Assembly (NCBI GenBank): GCA_036274115.1
Contig: DASUGI010000208.1
Coordinates: 3,468 to 67,467 of the forward strand
Length of the DNA stretch: 64,000 nt
From: Verrucomicrobiia bacterium
GTDB lineage: Bacteria > Verrucomicrobiota > Verrucomicrobiia > Limisphaerales > JADLHS01
Direction of reading: 5' to 3'
Under the pieces are notes generated by a model. The model saw only the letters and a list, made by a program, of their open reading frames with translations. It was not told where the DNA came from and made no database searches. A program made the translations under genes and the position numbers. This document shows positions 46,896-57,401 of this stretch, one piece after another; position 1 is the first letter of the stretch; every line of letters begins with the position of its first letter.

Positions 46896-46905
46896 AATCT
46901 TCGCG

Positions 46906-47472
46906 ATGACACAAAGCGAAGTTCTCCAGGTTTTCCGCGATACCGGTGCGCTCCTCGAGGGGCATTTCATTCTCCGCAGTGGATTACACAGCCGACAGTT
47001 TTTCCAATGCGCCCTCGCGCTTCAGCAAATGCCCATTGTGGAAAGACTCGGTGCAGCGCTGGCCGCAAAGGTTAAATCGCTTGGCGCGGTCACTGTTGTT
47101 TCGCCCGCGATGGGTGGACTCGTCATTGGGCAGGAAGTCGCGCGACAATTGGGCGTACGTTTCATCTTCGTTGAGAAAGAAGAAGGCAAACTCGTGTTGC
47201 GTCGCGGGTTTAAAATCACGGCCGACGAGAAGATTCTCGTCGTGGAAGACGTTGTGACCAAGGGCGGCCGCGTGCAGGAGACGATGGATATTGTCCGCGC
47301 CAACAAGGGCAACGTGCTGGGCGTTGGCATGGTGGTGGATCGTTCCAATGGCCAAACTCAGCTGGGCGTGCCGATGTTTAGCCTCATTGCGCTGCAAGTT
47401 GAAGCATTTGATCCGAACAACCTGCCGCCGGACCTTGCGAAAATTCCTGCTGTAAAGCCAGGCAGCAAGTAG
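46906..47472 (+). CDS. pyrE: orotate phosphoribosyltransferase
   Basis: GHFILRSGLHSRQFFQCA ... PRPP loop ILVVEDVVTKGGR. Confidence 0.9.
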   Translation: MTQSEVLQVFRDTGALLEGHFILRSGLHSRQFFQCALALQQMPIVERLGAALAAKVKSLGAVTVVSPAMGGLVIGQEVARQLGVRFIFVEKEEGKLVLRRGFKITADEKILVVEDVVTKGGRVQETMDIVRANKGNVLGVGMVVDRSNGQTQLGVPMFSLIALQVEAFDPNNLPPDLAKIPAVKPGSK

Positions 47473-47485
47473 ACATTGGCAGTTC

Positions 47486-48301
47486 CTATCCTCGCACGCC
47501 CCGGGCCGCCCACGCGCGAGCTACGAGTTGAATCGAACCATCCTCAGCGATTGGCAGGGTGGCGCGGATTTTTTTACCCAGGGCCGCACGTTGTTCTTCG
47601 CCCAGCGCCATTGCATAGCTCGGCGCGGGTCCTTGTCCTCCGAGAAATGGCTTCCAATAGTCATCGAAGTTTTCAAATTTCGTCGCAATGTCAATGGCCC
47701 GAATTTCCGCCTCGTCCAACCCCGCGGATTGAAACAGCTCGCGCAACGGCTCCGGCTGACACAACGGAAATCGGCGGCCTTCGTCCAGTACGCCTGCCGA
47801 TGGATCAAGCGCCACCGCCGCGTTCCAGAAATGACGCATCAGTTCCATCCGCCCGGCGTAATCCCATACGTACGCTGCGACGAGGCCGCCCGGTCGTGCG
47901 ACTCGAACCATTTCCGCCACAGCTTGAGGCGGGTCGGGAAAGAAATTCAGCGCCAAGGCGGAGACCACTGCGTCGTAAGTGCTGGTTTTGGCCGAGAGCT
48001 TTTTCGCGTCGCCGGTGTCATAACGCACACGTTCGTCGCTCATTTGTTGCCGCGCGAACGTGATGAATTCCGGTGATCGGTCCACACCGTGAACGGTTTC
48101 GGGCATGGCGCATTCCCGAATGGTTTGTGTAAGCGCGCCGCAGCCACAACCAACATCCAGCCAGCGGGAGCCGGGCGGGACGTTGAGCCAGCCGAGAAAT
48201 TCGCGTGCGACCAACCGGCTCCAGCGTCCGACGTACGATTCGTACGCCGCACCGCCGTCCCAAATTTCTTTTGCCACCGCGCGTGAGCTTTTCAGGTGCA
48301 T
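47486..48301 (-). CDS. class I SAM-dependent methyltransferase
   Basis: YESYVGRWSRLVAREFLGWL ... motif I WLDVGCGCGALT ... YDAVVSALALNFF. Confidence 0.8.
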   Translation of the reverse strand: MHLKSSRAVAKEIWDGGAAYESYVGRWSRLVAREFLGWLNVPPGSRWLDVGCGCGALTQTIRECAMPETVHGVDRSPEFITFARQQMSDERVRYDTGDAKKLSAKTSTYDAVVSALALNFFPDPPQAVAEMVRVARPGGLVAAYVWDYAGRMELMRHFWNAAVALDPSAGVLDEGRRFPLCQPEPLRELFQSAGLDEAEIRAIDIATKFENFDDYWKPFLGGQGPAPSYAMALGEEQRAALGKKIRATLPIAEDGSIQLVARAWAARGVRG

Positions 48302-48605
48302 TATTCGGGCCCTTCAATTTCTCGAACCAATAGCGCGAGCAGACGGATTTGGAAAGGAGCGGCAGCAGAAATCCAGCAAACTCGATCCGCCCGGCGGAAG
48401 CCCGGTGCGCCACTCGCAATCCGGCAGCCGGTTTCCACTGCGCCACTACGTCACCGATGGCACAGTTCGGTGTCTGAGGCGGCTTCGTGGTTTTCTTCAT
48501 TTCCTGAGTAAAATGCGTGATTTCAGCCACTTTCACTTCGTTGGCACGGTAGCCGCGCAGAAGAAACAGACCACGCGTGTCGTGGCACACCAACTATTTT
48601 AATTT

Positions 48606-50543
48606 ATGGCAAAAGTATTGGGCATCGATTTGGGAACGACGAACTCGTGCATGGCCGTGATGGAAGGCGGCGAGCCGCTCGTTCTGGAAAACTCTGAAGG
48701 CAAGCGCACCACGCCCAGCGTCGTCGCCTTCACCAAGAGCGGCGAACGCATTGTTGGCGACGCCGCCAAGCGCCAGGCTGTGACCAACTCGCGCAACACC
48801 ATTTATTCCATCAAGCGTTTCATGGGCCGCAAGTTCGATGAAGTGCAGGAAGAGACCAAGCGCATGCCTTACAAGGTCGTGAAGGCGAGTAACGGCGATT
48901 GCGCGGTTGAAGTGGAAGTCGAGGGCAAGACCAAACAATTCTCTCCGCCCGAAATCTCTGCAATGATTCTTTCCAAGCTCAAGGCGGATGCGGAAACGCG
49001 TCTTGGGGAGAAGATCACGCAAGCGGTCATCACCGTTCCCGCTTACTTCAATGACTCGCAACGTCAGGCGACGAAAGACGCCGGCCGCATCGCGGGGCTC
49101 GAAGTGCTTCGCATCATTAACGAGCCCACAGCGGCGTCACTCGCTTACGGTCTCGACAAGAAAAAGGACGAGAAGATCGCCGTTTACGACCTGGGTGGTG
49201 GCACGTTCGATATTTCGGTTTTGGAAATCGGCGATGGCGTGTTTGAAGTCAAAGCCACCAATGGCGACACCCACCTCGGCGGTGACGACTGGGACAACAA
49301 GTTGATGGATTGGATTCTTGACGAGTTCAAGAAGGACTCGGGCATGGACCTCCGCAAGCAGCCGGACGCGCTTCAACGCATCAAGGAAGAAGCCGAGAAA
49401 GCCAAGATCGCGCTTTCCAGTTCTTCGTCCTACGACATCAACCTGCCGTTCATCACGGCGGACGCGAGTGGGCCGAAGCACATCCAGAAAAATCTCACGC
49501 GCGCGAAGATGGAGCAGCTCACGGACGATTTGTTTGAGCGCACCATCAAGCCCGTCCAGGCGTGCTTGAAGGATGCCGGTCTAAGTGCTGACAAGATTGA
49601 CGAGCTCGTGCTGGTCGGCGGTATGACGCGCATGCCGCGTGTGGTTGAGACCGCGCGCAAGCTCGTGAACAAGACGCCGCATCAAGGCGTGAATCCGGAC
49701 GAAGTCGTTGCGGTGGGTGCCGGCATTCAAGGTGGTGTGCTCAAGGGTGAAGTGAAGGACGTGCTCCTGCTGGACGTGACGCCGTTGTCGCTCGGCATCG
49801 AGACGCTGGGTGGCGTGTTCACCCGGCTCATCGAGCGCAATACCACGATTCCCACGCGCAAGTCGGAAATCTTTTCGACCGCGAGCGACAATCAGCCGGG
49901 CGTGGAAATCCACGTGCTCCAGGGTGAACGCCAGTTCTCGAAGGACAACAAGACCATCGGCAAGTTCCACTTGACCGACATCCCGCCGGCCCCGCGCGGT
50001 GTGCCGCAGATCGAAGTGACCTTCGACATCGATGCCAACGGCATTTTGCACGTCGGTGCGAAGGACCTCGGTACGGGCAAGGAACAGAAGATCACGATCA
50101 CGGCCAGCAGCGGTCTCTCGAAGGACGAAGTCGAGAAGATGCGCAAGGACGCCGAAGCGCACGCGGAGGAGGACAAGGCCCGCCGCGAGGAAGTCGAAAC
50201 GCGCAACGAGGCGGACAACGCAGTGTATCGCACCGAGAAGATGCTCAAGGAAAGCGCCGACAAGATTTCCGGCGACGACAAGAGCAAGATCGAGAAGGCC
50301 GTGGCCGACGTGAAGGAAGCGCTTAAGGGCAGCGATGCTGCCGCCATCAAGTCCGCCAGCGAGAAGCTCAATGAAGCCTGGCAATCCGTCAGCGCGGAGC
50401 TTTACAAGAAAGCGGCCGAGCAGGCCAAGGCGGGCGGCACGCAATCCGGCAGCAGCGCCGGCGGCGAAGCCAAGCCCGACGACAAAGGCAAGAAGGACGA
50501 AGGTCCAATCATTGACGCCGAAATCGTCGACGAGAAGAAATAA
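48606..50543 (+). CDS. dnaK: molecular chaperone DnaK (Hsp70)
   Basis: [38 protein letters not shown], full length 645 aa. Confidence 0.97.
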   Translation: MAKVLGIDLGTTNSCMAVMEGGEPLVLENSEGKRTTPSVVAFTKSGERIVGDAAKRQAVTNSRNTIYSIKRFMGRKFDEVQEETKRMPYKVVKASNGDCAVEVEVEGKTKQFSPPEISAMILSKLKADAETRLGEKITQAVITVPAYFNDSQRQATKDAGRIAGLEVLRIINEPTAASLAYGLDKKKDEKIAVYDLGGGTFDISVLEIGDGVFEVKATNGDTHLGGDDWDNKLMDWILDEFKKDSGMDLRKQPDALQRIKEEAEKAKIALSSSSSYDINLPFITADASGPKHIQKNLTRAKMEQLTDDLFERTIKPVQACLKDAGLSADKIDELVLVGGMTRMPRVVETARKLVNKTPHQGVNPDEVVAVGAGIQGGVLKGEVKDVLLLDVTPLSLGIETLGGVFTRLIERNTTIPTRKSEIFSTASDNQPGVEIHVLQGERQFSKDNKTIGKFHLTDIPPAPRGVPQIEVTFDIDANGILHVGAKDLGTGKEQKITITASSGLSKDEVEKMRKDAEAHAEEDKARREEVETRNEADNAVYRTEKMLKESADKISGDDKSKIEKAVADVKEALKGSDAAAIKSASEKLNEAWQSVSAELYKKAAEQAKAGGTQSGSSAGGEAKPDDKGKKDEGPIIDAEIVDEKK

Positions 50544-50549
50544 ATCCAA

Positions 50550-50589
50550 CTGACACGCTGAGAGATTTTCGGCGTGTCAGTTTTGTTTT
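50550..50589 (+). terminator. rho-independent terminator after dnaK
   Basis: A 9-bp perfect stem ctgacacgc / gcgtgtcag, followed directly by ttttgtttt. Confidence 0.8.
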
Positions 50590-50663
50590 CCATGAATTTT
50601 CCCACCGCTTGGGCGGCGGGAGTTACTTAAGCAGTTAACAAACAAACCAACAGAACAGAAACT

Positions 50664-50957
50664 ATGGCACTGAACATTAAACCCCTCGGAGATCGTCTCC
50701 TCGTTGAACCGGTCGAAGAGAAGGAAACCAAAAAGGGCGGCATCATCATCCCCGATTCCGCCAAGGAAAAACCCCAGGAGGGCATTATCCGCGTGCTCGG
50801 CACCGGCAAGGTCAATGACGACGGCAAGAAAGTCGATTGGGAAGTGAAAGTCGGCGACCGCGTGCTGTGCAGCAAGTACGGTGGCACGGAAATCAAACTC
50901 GACGGCAAGGAATACAAACTCCTCGGTTCGGATGACATCCTGGCCATCTTGAACTAA
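50664..50957 (+). CDS. groES: co-chaperonin GroES
   Basis: [36 protein letters not shown]. Confidence 0.95.
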   Translation: MALNIKPLGDRLLVEPVEEKETKKGGIIIPDSAKEKPQEGIIRVLGTGKVNDDGKKVDWEVKVGDRVLCSKYGGTEIKLDGKEYKLLGSDDILAILN

Positions 50958-50999
50958 CTGAACTCTCAACAATCAACCATCAACTGAAGACTCATTACT

Positions 51000-52640
51000 A
51001 TGGCAGCAAAACAACTTTTATTTGATGAGGCAGCCCGCCAGGCGATTCTGCGTGGCGTCACCAAGCTCTCTCGCGCAGTCGTCGCGACGCTCGGCCCGAA
51101 AGGCCGCAACGTCGTGCTCGACAAAAAATTCGGTTCGCCGACGGTGACCAAGGACGGTGTCACGGTGGCGAAGGAAATTGAACTGGAAGACCCATACGAA
51201 AACATGGGCGCCCAGATGGTGCGCGAAGTCGCGAGCAAGACCAGCGACAACGCGGGCGACGGCACGACCACTGCAACGGTGTTGGCCGAATCCATCTATC
51301 GCGAAGGACTGAAGTTCGTCACCAGCGGTGCGAACCCGATCGGCATTCAACGCGGCATCAACAAGGCCGTCGAAGCCGCCGTCGGTCAGCTCGACAAGAT
51401 CGCCAAGAAGGTCAAGGACAAGGAAGAGATCAAGCAGGTCGCGACCGTGTCCGCCAACTGGGACAACACCATTGGCGAAATCATCGCGGATGCGATGGAC
51501 AAGGTCGGCAAGGACGGCACGATCACGGTGGAAGAAGCCAAGTCCATCGAAACGACCCTCGACGTGGTCGAAGGTATGCAGTTCGACAAGGGCTATCTCT
51601 CACCCTACTTCGTCACCAATGCCGAGAGCATGGAAGCGAAGCTGGACGACGCTTACATCCTGAACTTCGAAAAGAAGATCAGCTCGCTCAAGGACCTGCT
51701 CCCCGTGTTGGAGAAGGTTGCCAAGGTCGGCAAGCCGCTGTTGATCATCGCGGAAGAAGTTGAAGGCGAAGCCCTCGCGACGCTCGTCGTGAACAAGCTC
51801 CGTGGCACGATCAACGTTTGCGCGGTGAAAGCTCCTGGCTTCGGCGACCGCCGCAAGGCCATGTGCGAAGACATCGCCATCCTCACTGGTGGCAAGTTCA
51901 TCAGCGAAGACCTCGGTGTGAAGCTCGAGAGCATCACGCTTGAAGACCTCGGCCGCGCCAAGAGCATTGTCGTGGACAAGGAAAACACCACCATCGTCGA
52001 AGGCAATGGCAAGTCCTCCGAGATTCAGGGCCGCGTGAATCAAATCCGCCGCCAGATCGAAGAGACCACCAGCGACTACGACCGTGAAAAGTTGCAGGAA
52101 CGCCTGGCGAAGCTCGCCGGTGGCGTGGCTGTCATCAATGTCGGCGCTGCGACCGAGTCCGAGATGAAGGAAAAGAAAGCCCGTGTCGAAGACGCGTTGC
52201 ACGCGACCCGCGCCGCCGTTGAAGAAGGCATCGTGGCCGGTGGTGGTGTGGCGCTCATCCGCTGCATCGAGGCCATCGAAGGCGTCAAAGGCTCGAATGA
52301 CGACGAAGCGATCGGTGTCAGCATCGTGAAGCGTGCCGTGGAAGCGCCGCTCCGCGCACTCGCCGCGAACGCTGGCGAAGAAGGCAGCGTCATCGTGGAA
52401 GCCGTCAAGAAGGCCAAGGGCAACCAGGGTTACAACGTTGCGACTGGCGAGTACGAAGACCTCGTGAAAGCGGGTGTCGTTGATCCCAAGAAGGTCACAC
52501 GCACCGCACTGCAAAACGCGGCTTCCATCTCCGGTCTGCTCCTCACCACGGAATGTCTCATCACCGAGATTCCGGAAAAGGAAAAGAAGACTCCCGCTGG
52601 CCACGGCCCTGAAGGCATGGGCGGCGGCATGGATTACTAA
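51000..52640 (+). CDS. groEL: chaperonin GroEL
   Basis: [12 protein letters not shown]..., [22 protein letters not shown]-terminal GGMGGGMDY. Confidence 0.97.
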   Translation: MAAKQLLFDEAARQAILRGVTKLSRAVVATLGPKGRNVVLDKKFGSPTVTKDGVTVAKEIELEDPYENMGAQMVREVASKTSDNAGDGTTTATVLAESIYREGLKFVTSGANPIGIQRGINKAVEAAVGQLDKIAKKVKDKEEIKQVATVSANWDNTIGEIIADAMDKVGKDGTITVEEAKSIETTLDVVEGMQFDKGYLSPYFVTNAESMEAKLDDAYILNFEKKISSLKDLLPVLEKVAKVGKPLLIIAEEVEGEALATLVVNKLRGTINVCAVKAPGFGDRRKAMCEDIAILTGGKFISEDLGVKLESITLEDLGRAKSIVVDKENTTIVEGNGKSSEIQGRVNQIRRQIEETTSDYDREKLQERLAKLAGGVAVINVGAATESEMKEKKARVEDALHATRAAVEEGIVAGGGVALIRCIEAIEGVKGSNDDEAIGVSIVKRAVEAPLRALAANAGEEGSVIVEAVKKAKGNQGYNVATGEYEDLVKAGVVDPKKVTRTALQNAASISGLLLTTECLITEIPEKEKKTPAGHGPEGMGGGMDY

Positions 52641-52725
52641 GACGCCAAGAAACCCGCCTGCGTTCCGTACTGCGGGAACAGGCGTGGCGGTTTTCGTTCC
52701 GACGAAAACCGGAGGAACCGAACAA

Positions 52726-52757
52726 CCCGGTCAGGCAACTGGCCGGGTTTTTGTTTT
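52726..52757 (+). terminator. rho-independent terminator after groEL
   Basis: Stem cccggtcag / ctggccggg (one G-U pair), loop gcaa, then tttttgtttt. Two further hairpins precede it at 52655-52720. Confidence 0.7.
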
Positions 52758-52861
52758 GATAGCGTTCGTTACGCTGTGACGAGCCCGAGCCCGGCAGCCG
52801 GAATACTTCGCCCCAGAAACTTTGCCCTCGCCACAGCGGAACTGGTCGTTACTCTCCGCTC

Positions 52862-53767
52862 ATGAAACTTCATCGCCTTCCCGCGTTGGCTCTCTTCGTC
52901 TCTCTGAGCGTTCTGAGTTTGCCCGCGCAACCTGTGGTCACGGCAGCCTCGACAAACAAGACCACGAAGCACTGCCTCTGGGAAGTCAAAGGCAAGAGCA
53001 AAACCGTGTTCCTGCTGGGTTCATTGCATCTGATGAAGAAGAACATGTATCCGCTCGATGCGCCCATTGAGAATGCCTACAAGAATGCCGACATCGTGGT
53101 TTTCGAAACCGACATGGCTGCGATGGAATCGCCAGAGTTTGCGCTGAAGTTGATGAAGGAGGCCACTTATCCGGAGGGAGAAACGCTGAAGAAGAACCTG
53201 CCGGAGGCCACTTACTCGATGCTGGTTTCGAATCTGCAGGCCACCGTCGGCAGCGCCGAGCCATTTGAGAAATTCAAACCCTGGATGGTCGCGGTGACTC
53301 TCATCGCATTGGAACTGCAGAAGCTTGGTTTCTCTGCGGAGAAGGGGATCGATAAACATTTTTACGCTCGAGCCAGGGAGGACCAGAAATCGATTCAGGA
53401 GCTCGAAGCGCCAGAGGAGCAGTTGAAACTGTTGACGAGCCTCAACGACATTGAAGCTGGCGACTTCCTCGGCCAGTCCCTCAGCGAAATGGCGGTCTGG
53501 AGAACGCAGTTCAGTGCGATGGTTGAAGCCTGGCGAGTGGGAGACACGAAGGGACTGGAAAAGATCCTCACTGAATCCTTCGAAAGATATCCCGCCCTGG
53601 AGAAGAAATTCCTGACGAGCCGTAACGAAAAGTGGCTGGGCAAAATCGAAAAGCTTCTCCAGGGTGACAAGAATGTGCTGATCGTAGTGGGTGCTGCCCA
53701 CCTGGCGGGAACAGACAGTGTTGTTGATCTGTTGACACGCAAAGGCTTCAAAGTGGAACAACGCTGA
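52862..53767 (+). CDS. TraB/GumN family protein
   Basis: Signal peptide, then LWEVKGKSKTVFLLGSLHLMKKNMYPL...ADIVVFETD ... VLIVVGAAHLAG. Confidence 0.8.
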   Translation: MKLHRLPALALFVSLSVLSLPAQPVVTAASTNKTTKHCLWEVKGKSKTVFLLGSLHLMKKNMYPLDAPIENAYKNADIVVFETDMAAMESPEFALKLMKEATYPEGETLKKNLPEATYSMLVSNLQATVGSAEPFEKFKPWMVAVTLIALELQKLGFSAEKGIDKHFYARAREDQKSIQELEAPEEQLKLLTSLNDIEAGDFLGQSLSEMAVWRTQFSAMVEAWRVGDTKGLEKILTESFERYPALEKKFLTSRNEKWLGKIEKLLQGDKNVLIVVGAAHLAGTDSVVDLLTRKGFKVEQR

Positions 53768-53899
53768 GGGCTCGCGCAACGGCCGCTGAACCCACGTGTC
53801 AATTGCCTGGGCACCTTTTGGGTGTTCCTTTCGTGCTTTTCTCACGGCGCCAATATCCCGGGTCCAAGTGGCCTCTGCTTTGCTGTCGAAGCGGTGTTG

Positions 53900-54508
53900 A
53901 TGCAAAGGATGAAATTGACCCGGTTTTCAATTGGTGCGGGCTGGTGGCGCAGTCTTACGCTCTTCATGTTGATGCTGCTTACCGTGCAGTTCTTCCGCAG
54001 GGAGGTAGGCACTTTCTCGGTGGTGGAAGGCTTCAGCATGTATCCCACGTTCCTGCCCAATGACGTAGTGCAGGCACGAACGCTGCACGCGGAACTGCGG
54101 CGCGGGGACGTGGTCATCGTTGCCGACACCAAAGGAGAAGAGATGATCAAACGCGTCATTGGCTTGCCCGGAGAAACGGTGTCGCTCTTTCGCGGGTTCG
54201 TTTACATCAATCACCGCCGGTTGATTGAGCCCTACCTTCCGAAATTCACGTATACCTTCAAACGTGACGAGAGTTCCGAGCGCAGTGTTTCCTGGCCGCT
54301 GGGGGCCGGACAATATTTTGTCCTCGGGGACAACCGCCTGCATAGCGCGGACAGCCGGCACTACGGCCCGCTCGCGCGACATCAGATTCTCCGCATCGTC
54401 GATACGCCGGCGAATACGCGGCCCGAACTCAGTGATATCATCCTGTTGGAAAGCGGTGAGGTGTTACGCATCGGGCCGTCGGAACAACAACGAGCTGCGA
54501 CACCGTAG
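53900..54508 (+). CDS. lepB: signal peptidase I
   Basis: EGFSMYPTF (catalytic Ser), GDVVIV...MIKRVIGLPGETV (Lys box), VLGDNRLHSADSRHYGPL. ATG at 53900. Confidence 0.85.
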   Translation: MQRMKLTRFSIGAGWWRSLTLFMLMLLTVQFFRREVGTFSVVEGFSMYPTFLPNDVVQARTLHAELRRGDVVIVADTKGEEMIKRVIGLPGETVSLFRGFVYINHRRLIEPYLPKFTYTFKRDESSERSVSWPLGAGQYFVLGDNRLHSADSRHYGPLARHQILRIVDTPANTRPELSDIILLESGEVLRIGPSEQQRAATP

Positions 54509-54595
54509 CGACCTTCGAGATCAGAATCCTACTGAAGTGCAGTTCAGAGAACTTGCCACTTGCCGACGGAAAGAATCGGTGACTAACGTGTCCCG

Positions 54596-55417
54596 ATGAA
54601 TCTGGAAGACCACCTCGGTGACATTATCCGCAAGGCTCGCCGGATGACGAACGTTCCCGCTGCGGCTGCCGCAAAGGCAGCGCGATTGACTGAGGCTGAA
54701 CTCTCCTCGCTCGAAGACTCGGGGATATTCGCAAAGCAACCGGACTTTCAATCGCTCGCGGGCGGGATCGGTTTAAACCCGACCAAGCTGGAAAGCATCG
54801 CCAAAGGGTGGTTGCCGGCCAAATGCGATCTAAGAACGTGGCGACAGTTTCGTGTCGGCACGACGTCAGGCGATGGGATCACGGTAAATTGTTATCTGGC
54901 CTGGGACGAAACCACGCGGGAGGCCGCACTGTTTGATACCGGGTTTGAGGCGGCACCGATTCTCGATACCGTTGCGAAGGAAAAACTGCTCCTGCGCGAT
55001 ATCTTCATCACTCACTCGCATCACGACCATATCGCTGCCCTGGTCGATGTGCGGACCGCTTTGCCGCAGTGCCGGGTTCACGGTCATTCCCGGAAAGTTC
55101 CGGCCGAGCAAAGACTGAAAGCCGGTGAGACTTTTCAGGTGGGAAGATTGAAAATCGGCTATCGCGAAACCCCCGGCCACGCCGCTGATGGCGTCACCTA
55201 CCTTATCAGTGATTGGCCAAATAATGTGCCGCAAGTCGCGATTGTCGGTGACACGATCTTCGCCGGCTCGATGGGCAGCGGGAATGATTCCTGGCAAGTG
55301 GCGCGACAAAAAGTGCGCGAACACATCCTCAGCCTGCCGCCCGACACGCTGCTGTGTCCCGGCCACGGCCCGCTCACCACCGTGGCGGAAGAGCAAGCCA
55401 ACAATCCATTTTTTTGA
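54596..55417 (+). CDS. MBL-fold metallo-hydrolase with N-terminal HTH-like segment
   Basis: ITHSHHDHI (HxHxDH), TPGHAADG, GDTIFAGSMG. N-terminal LGDIIRKARRMTNV...AELSSLE is XRE-like. Confidence 0.8.
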   Translation: MNLEDHLGDIIRKARRMTNVPAAAAAKAARLTEAELSSLEDSGIFAKQPDFQSLAGGIGLNPTKLESIAKGWLPAKCDLRTWRQFRVGTTSGDGITVNCYLAWDETTREAALFDTGFEAAPILDTVAKEKLLLRDIFITHSHHDHIAALVDVRTALPQCRVHGHSRKVPAEQRLKAGETFQVGRLKIGYRETPGHAADGVTYLISDWPNNVPQVAIVGDTIFAGSMGSGNDSWQVARQKVREHILSLPPDTLLCPGHGPLTTVAEEQANNPFF

Positions 55418-55438
55418 AGCCGCTTCATACGAGTGGAT

Positions 55439-55900
55439 TCACGGCTTGAACAGGCGATAGAAGCGGCTCCCGGCGGGTGGATTGAGGATGAGGTATTTGG
55501 TCGTGCCGTTATCCTGAATGCCAGTACTGACGTTGCTCCAGTTCAGTGACGCGACGTGGTTCGTGTTGTGCTGAAGCGTGAAACCCGCGGCCACCGACGG
55601 CCAGGAAATGACCGCCGTGTTGGTGGGAGTGAGCGTGATGGTCAGCAATGGCGCTTCGGGGGTTTGCACCAGCGAAAGCAAACTCCAAAAACCACTGTTC
55701 AATGAATAACCGCTGCCCCTGATCGTGCCGGCTTCGGGCTGACCAATCGTCCCGCTCACCGAATAAACAGCGCCAGTGCTCGTGCCACCGCCGCCATCAA
55801 TCGTGTGCCAGGGGATGGAGAAGGATTGCGCTTGGGCGATGGTTGTAACCACAAATACGACGACCACGCCAATTTGGAGTTTTTGCAAAATGGTGTTCAT
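55439..55900 (-). CDS. small secreted protein with C-terminal RFYRL module
   Basis: Signal peptide ...VVTTIAQAQ. GGGTSTGAVYSVSGTIGQPEAG. C-terminal ISWPSVAAGFTLQHNTN...NPPAGSRFYRLFKP. Confidence 0.55.
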   Translation of the reverse strand: MNTILQKLQIGVVVVFVVTTIAQAQSFSIPWHTIDGGGGTSTGAVYSVSGTIGQPEAGTIRGSGYSLNSGFWSLLSLVQTPEAPLLTITLTPTNTAVISWPSVAAGFTLQHNTNHVASLNWSNVSTGIQDNGTTKYLILNPPAGSRFYRLFKP

Positions 55901-55908
55901 GGATTTGT

Positions 55909-57393
55909 TTATTGTCCAATTGTGACTGCCCCCCCGACAGCTTCCAACACCAGGGCTTTGCTGAGGTTATTGACGGTCTCAGCCGAGCTCCCCGGTTTCA
56001 GCTTGATAAATCCGCCGTAGGACGCGGCGGCAACACCCTCGGCAAAGGTGTTGAAGGGGTTTGCAAAAGTTCCGTTCTCGCTTCCGACATATGAAAAGTG
56101 AACCCACGTATCCGAGCCAGTCACCCACTCCACGGTGATGCTACCGGCACCCGAGGTAAACGGCCGCACTCGAATATAGGTTGCGAGCGACATCGAATTC
56201 GTGCCATCCGGCATCCAGAAAAGGGGCGGCGTGGTCGTGCCGCTGGTCCACAGTTGGTTGGCATCCTGCCCACGTTGCAGACTTGGTTGACCTTGGAGCC
56301 AGACGGACTGGCCGAGGCCCGCCCACTCGTAAATGGTAAAATCAGGCTTGTGAACGACGTGCCAGATGCCAAGACCGCTGGTCGGTATGTTTGCGTCATA
56401 CCCGGAACCCCAAGGACTCGTGCGCGTGCGGTACTCGATCAGGAAGAACTCACCGGTGCCATGAGCCGGATCGTAAAGGATGATGGGCGCATCGGTCGCC
56501 GACAGTAACTGCGCCGCCGTGATGGACTCGATACCCCCGGCACCAACGTTGCGGATGCGTGGTTCGACCCAGCCCAACTGTAACTTGTGCCAGGCATCGA
56601 GGCCAAAGGTCGCCATGTCGTCTGCGTTGGTAATCGTGCAACTCATCAGGTTGTATTGGTTGCCATGACAAGTGACACTCCAGACTCCGTAGAGATCCTT
56701 GGTGCCTATGATATGACTCACCTCATGGCAAAGAGTTCCAAAACTGACGCGTTGCGTGAGCAAGCCCACCGACATGCTGATCGCTTTGCTGGAGCCGGGC
56801 GGTACAAAGGGGAGAGAGTTCGTAGGCCCTGTAGGGTTGGCCCACCGGGCGGCCCCACTGTCGTTCGGTGTCAAATTGTCGAAAATCATGACCATCACTT
56901 CTGGCGCGGTGATTGTTCCGTCCTCATTGGCATCGTACGGTGCAAAATTGAATCCAGCGGCAACGGCCGCGTTGATCGCAATACCTCCCCGGGCAACGTC
57001 GTTGGTCGTGGCCATCGCACGATCCGTGGCGTTGAGTTGCAGCGGACCAATGATGCCCGCGCCGGCGCGATTGAGGAAAAAACGGCCGTGAGAATTCTCC
57101 ATAAAGAAACCGTTCACGCTGCGCACACCGGCCGGGGTGGTGTTGAAAAAGTTGAACACCAGGTCGTCATAGTAAGATGTGGGGTGTGCAAACGTGCCGG
57201 TGTTGGCAAGGTCCAGGAGGATTACCAGCGTGGGACGCGCGCCTAAAGCCAATTGTCCGTTCACCTTCATCTTCTGGTAGCCAAAGTCATCCAGCGTCAC
57301 ACCGCGGAGGTTGGTCGACATAACTGCGAGCAGCACGCCGAACGAAATCGCGGTGAGATTAGGCGTAAGTCTGGTGGACCATTTCATAATCAC
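55909..57393 (-). CDS. secreted zinc metalloprotease, M6 (immune-inhibitor-A)-like
   Basis: Signal peptide. VNGFFMENSHGRF. HExxH in LCHEVSHIIGTKDLYG. Confidence 0.65.
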   Translation of the reverse strand: MIMKWSTRLTPNLTAISFGVLLAVMSTNLRGVTLDDFGYQKMKVNGQLALGARPTLVILLDLANTGTFAHPTSYYDDLVFNFFNTTPAGVRSVNGFFMENSHGRFFLNRAGAGIIGPLQLNATDRAMATTNDVARGGIAINAAVAAGFNFAPYDANEDGTITAPEVMVMIFDNLTPNDSGAARWANPTGPTNSLPFVPPGSSKAISMSVGLLTQRVSFGTLCHEVSHIIGTKDLYGVWSVTCHGNQYNLMSCTITNADDMATFGLDAWHKLQLGWVEPRIRNVGAGGIESITAAQLLSATDAPIILYDPAHGTGEFFLIEYRTRTSPWGSGYDANIPTSGLGIWHVVHKPDFTIYEWAGLGQSVWLQGQPSLQRGQDANQLWTSGTTTPPLFWMPDGTNSMSLATYIRVRPFTSGAGSITVEWVTGSDTWVHFSYVGSENGTFANPFNTFAEGVAAASYGGFIKLKPGSSAETVNNLSKALVLEAVGGAVTIGQ

Positions 57394-57401
57394 CCTCCGA
57401 A

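Noticed and set aside
48302-48500. ORF 48018-48593 (minus), which could give MKKTTKPPQTPNCAIGDVVAQWKP... upstream of the SAM methyltransferase
   Set aside because: To terminate, it must read 283 nt through the methyltransferase gene in another frame, where it turns into Arg-rich noise. No motif is recognised. It may be a gene fragment, but I cannot support a CDS.
48542-48556. Sigma-54-like TGGCAC-N5-CCGC (GG-N10-GC satisfied) about 60 nt upstream of dnaK
   Set aside because: The -12 element deviates from TTGC. There is no enhancer-binding protein gene or upstream activator repeat nearby. Similar TGGCAC strings occur by chance in this GC-rich DNA (for example at 48582 and 11928). It is too weak to annotate.
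50590-50663. Looked for a CIRCE (TTAGCACTC-N9-GAGTGCTAA) or HAIR operator in front of groES; the upstream regions of dnaK, the hsp20 genes and lon were also checked
   Set aside because: No match better than half-site level was seen. Only a cttaag-centred short palindrome is present. The absence is reported as a finding rather than annotated as an operator.
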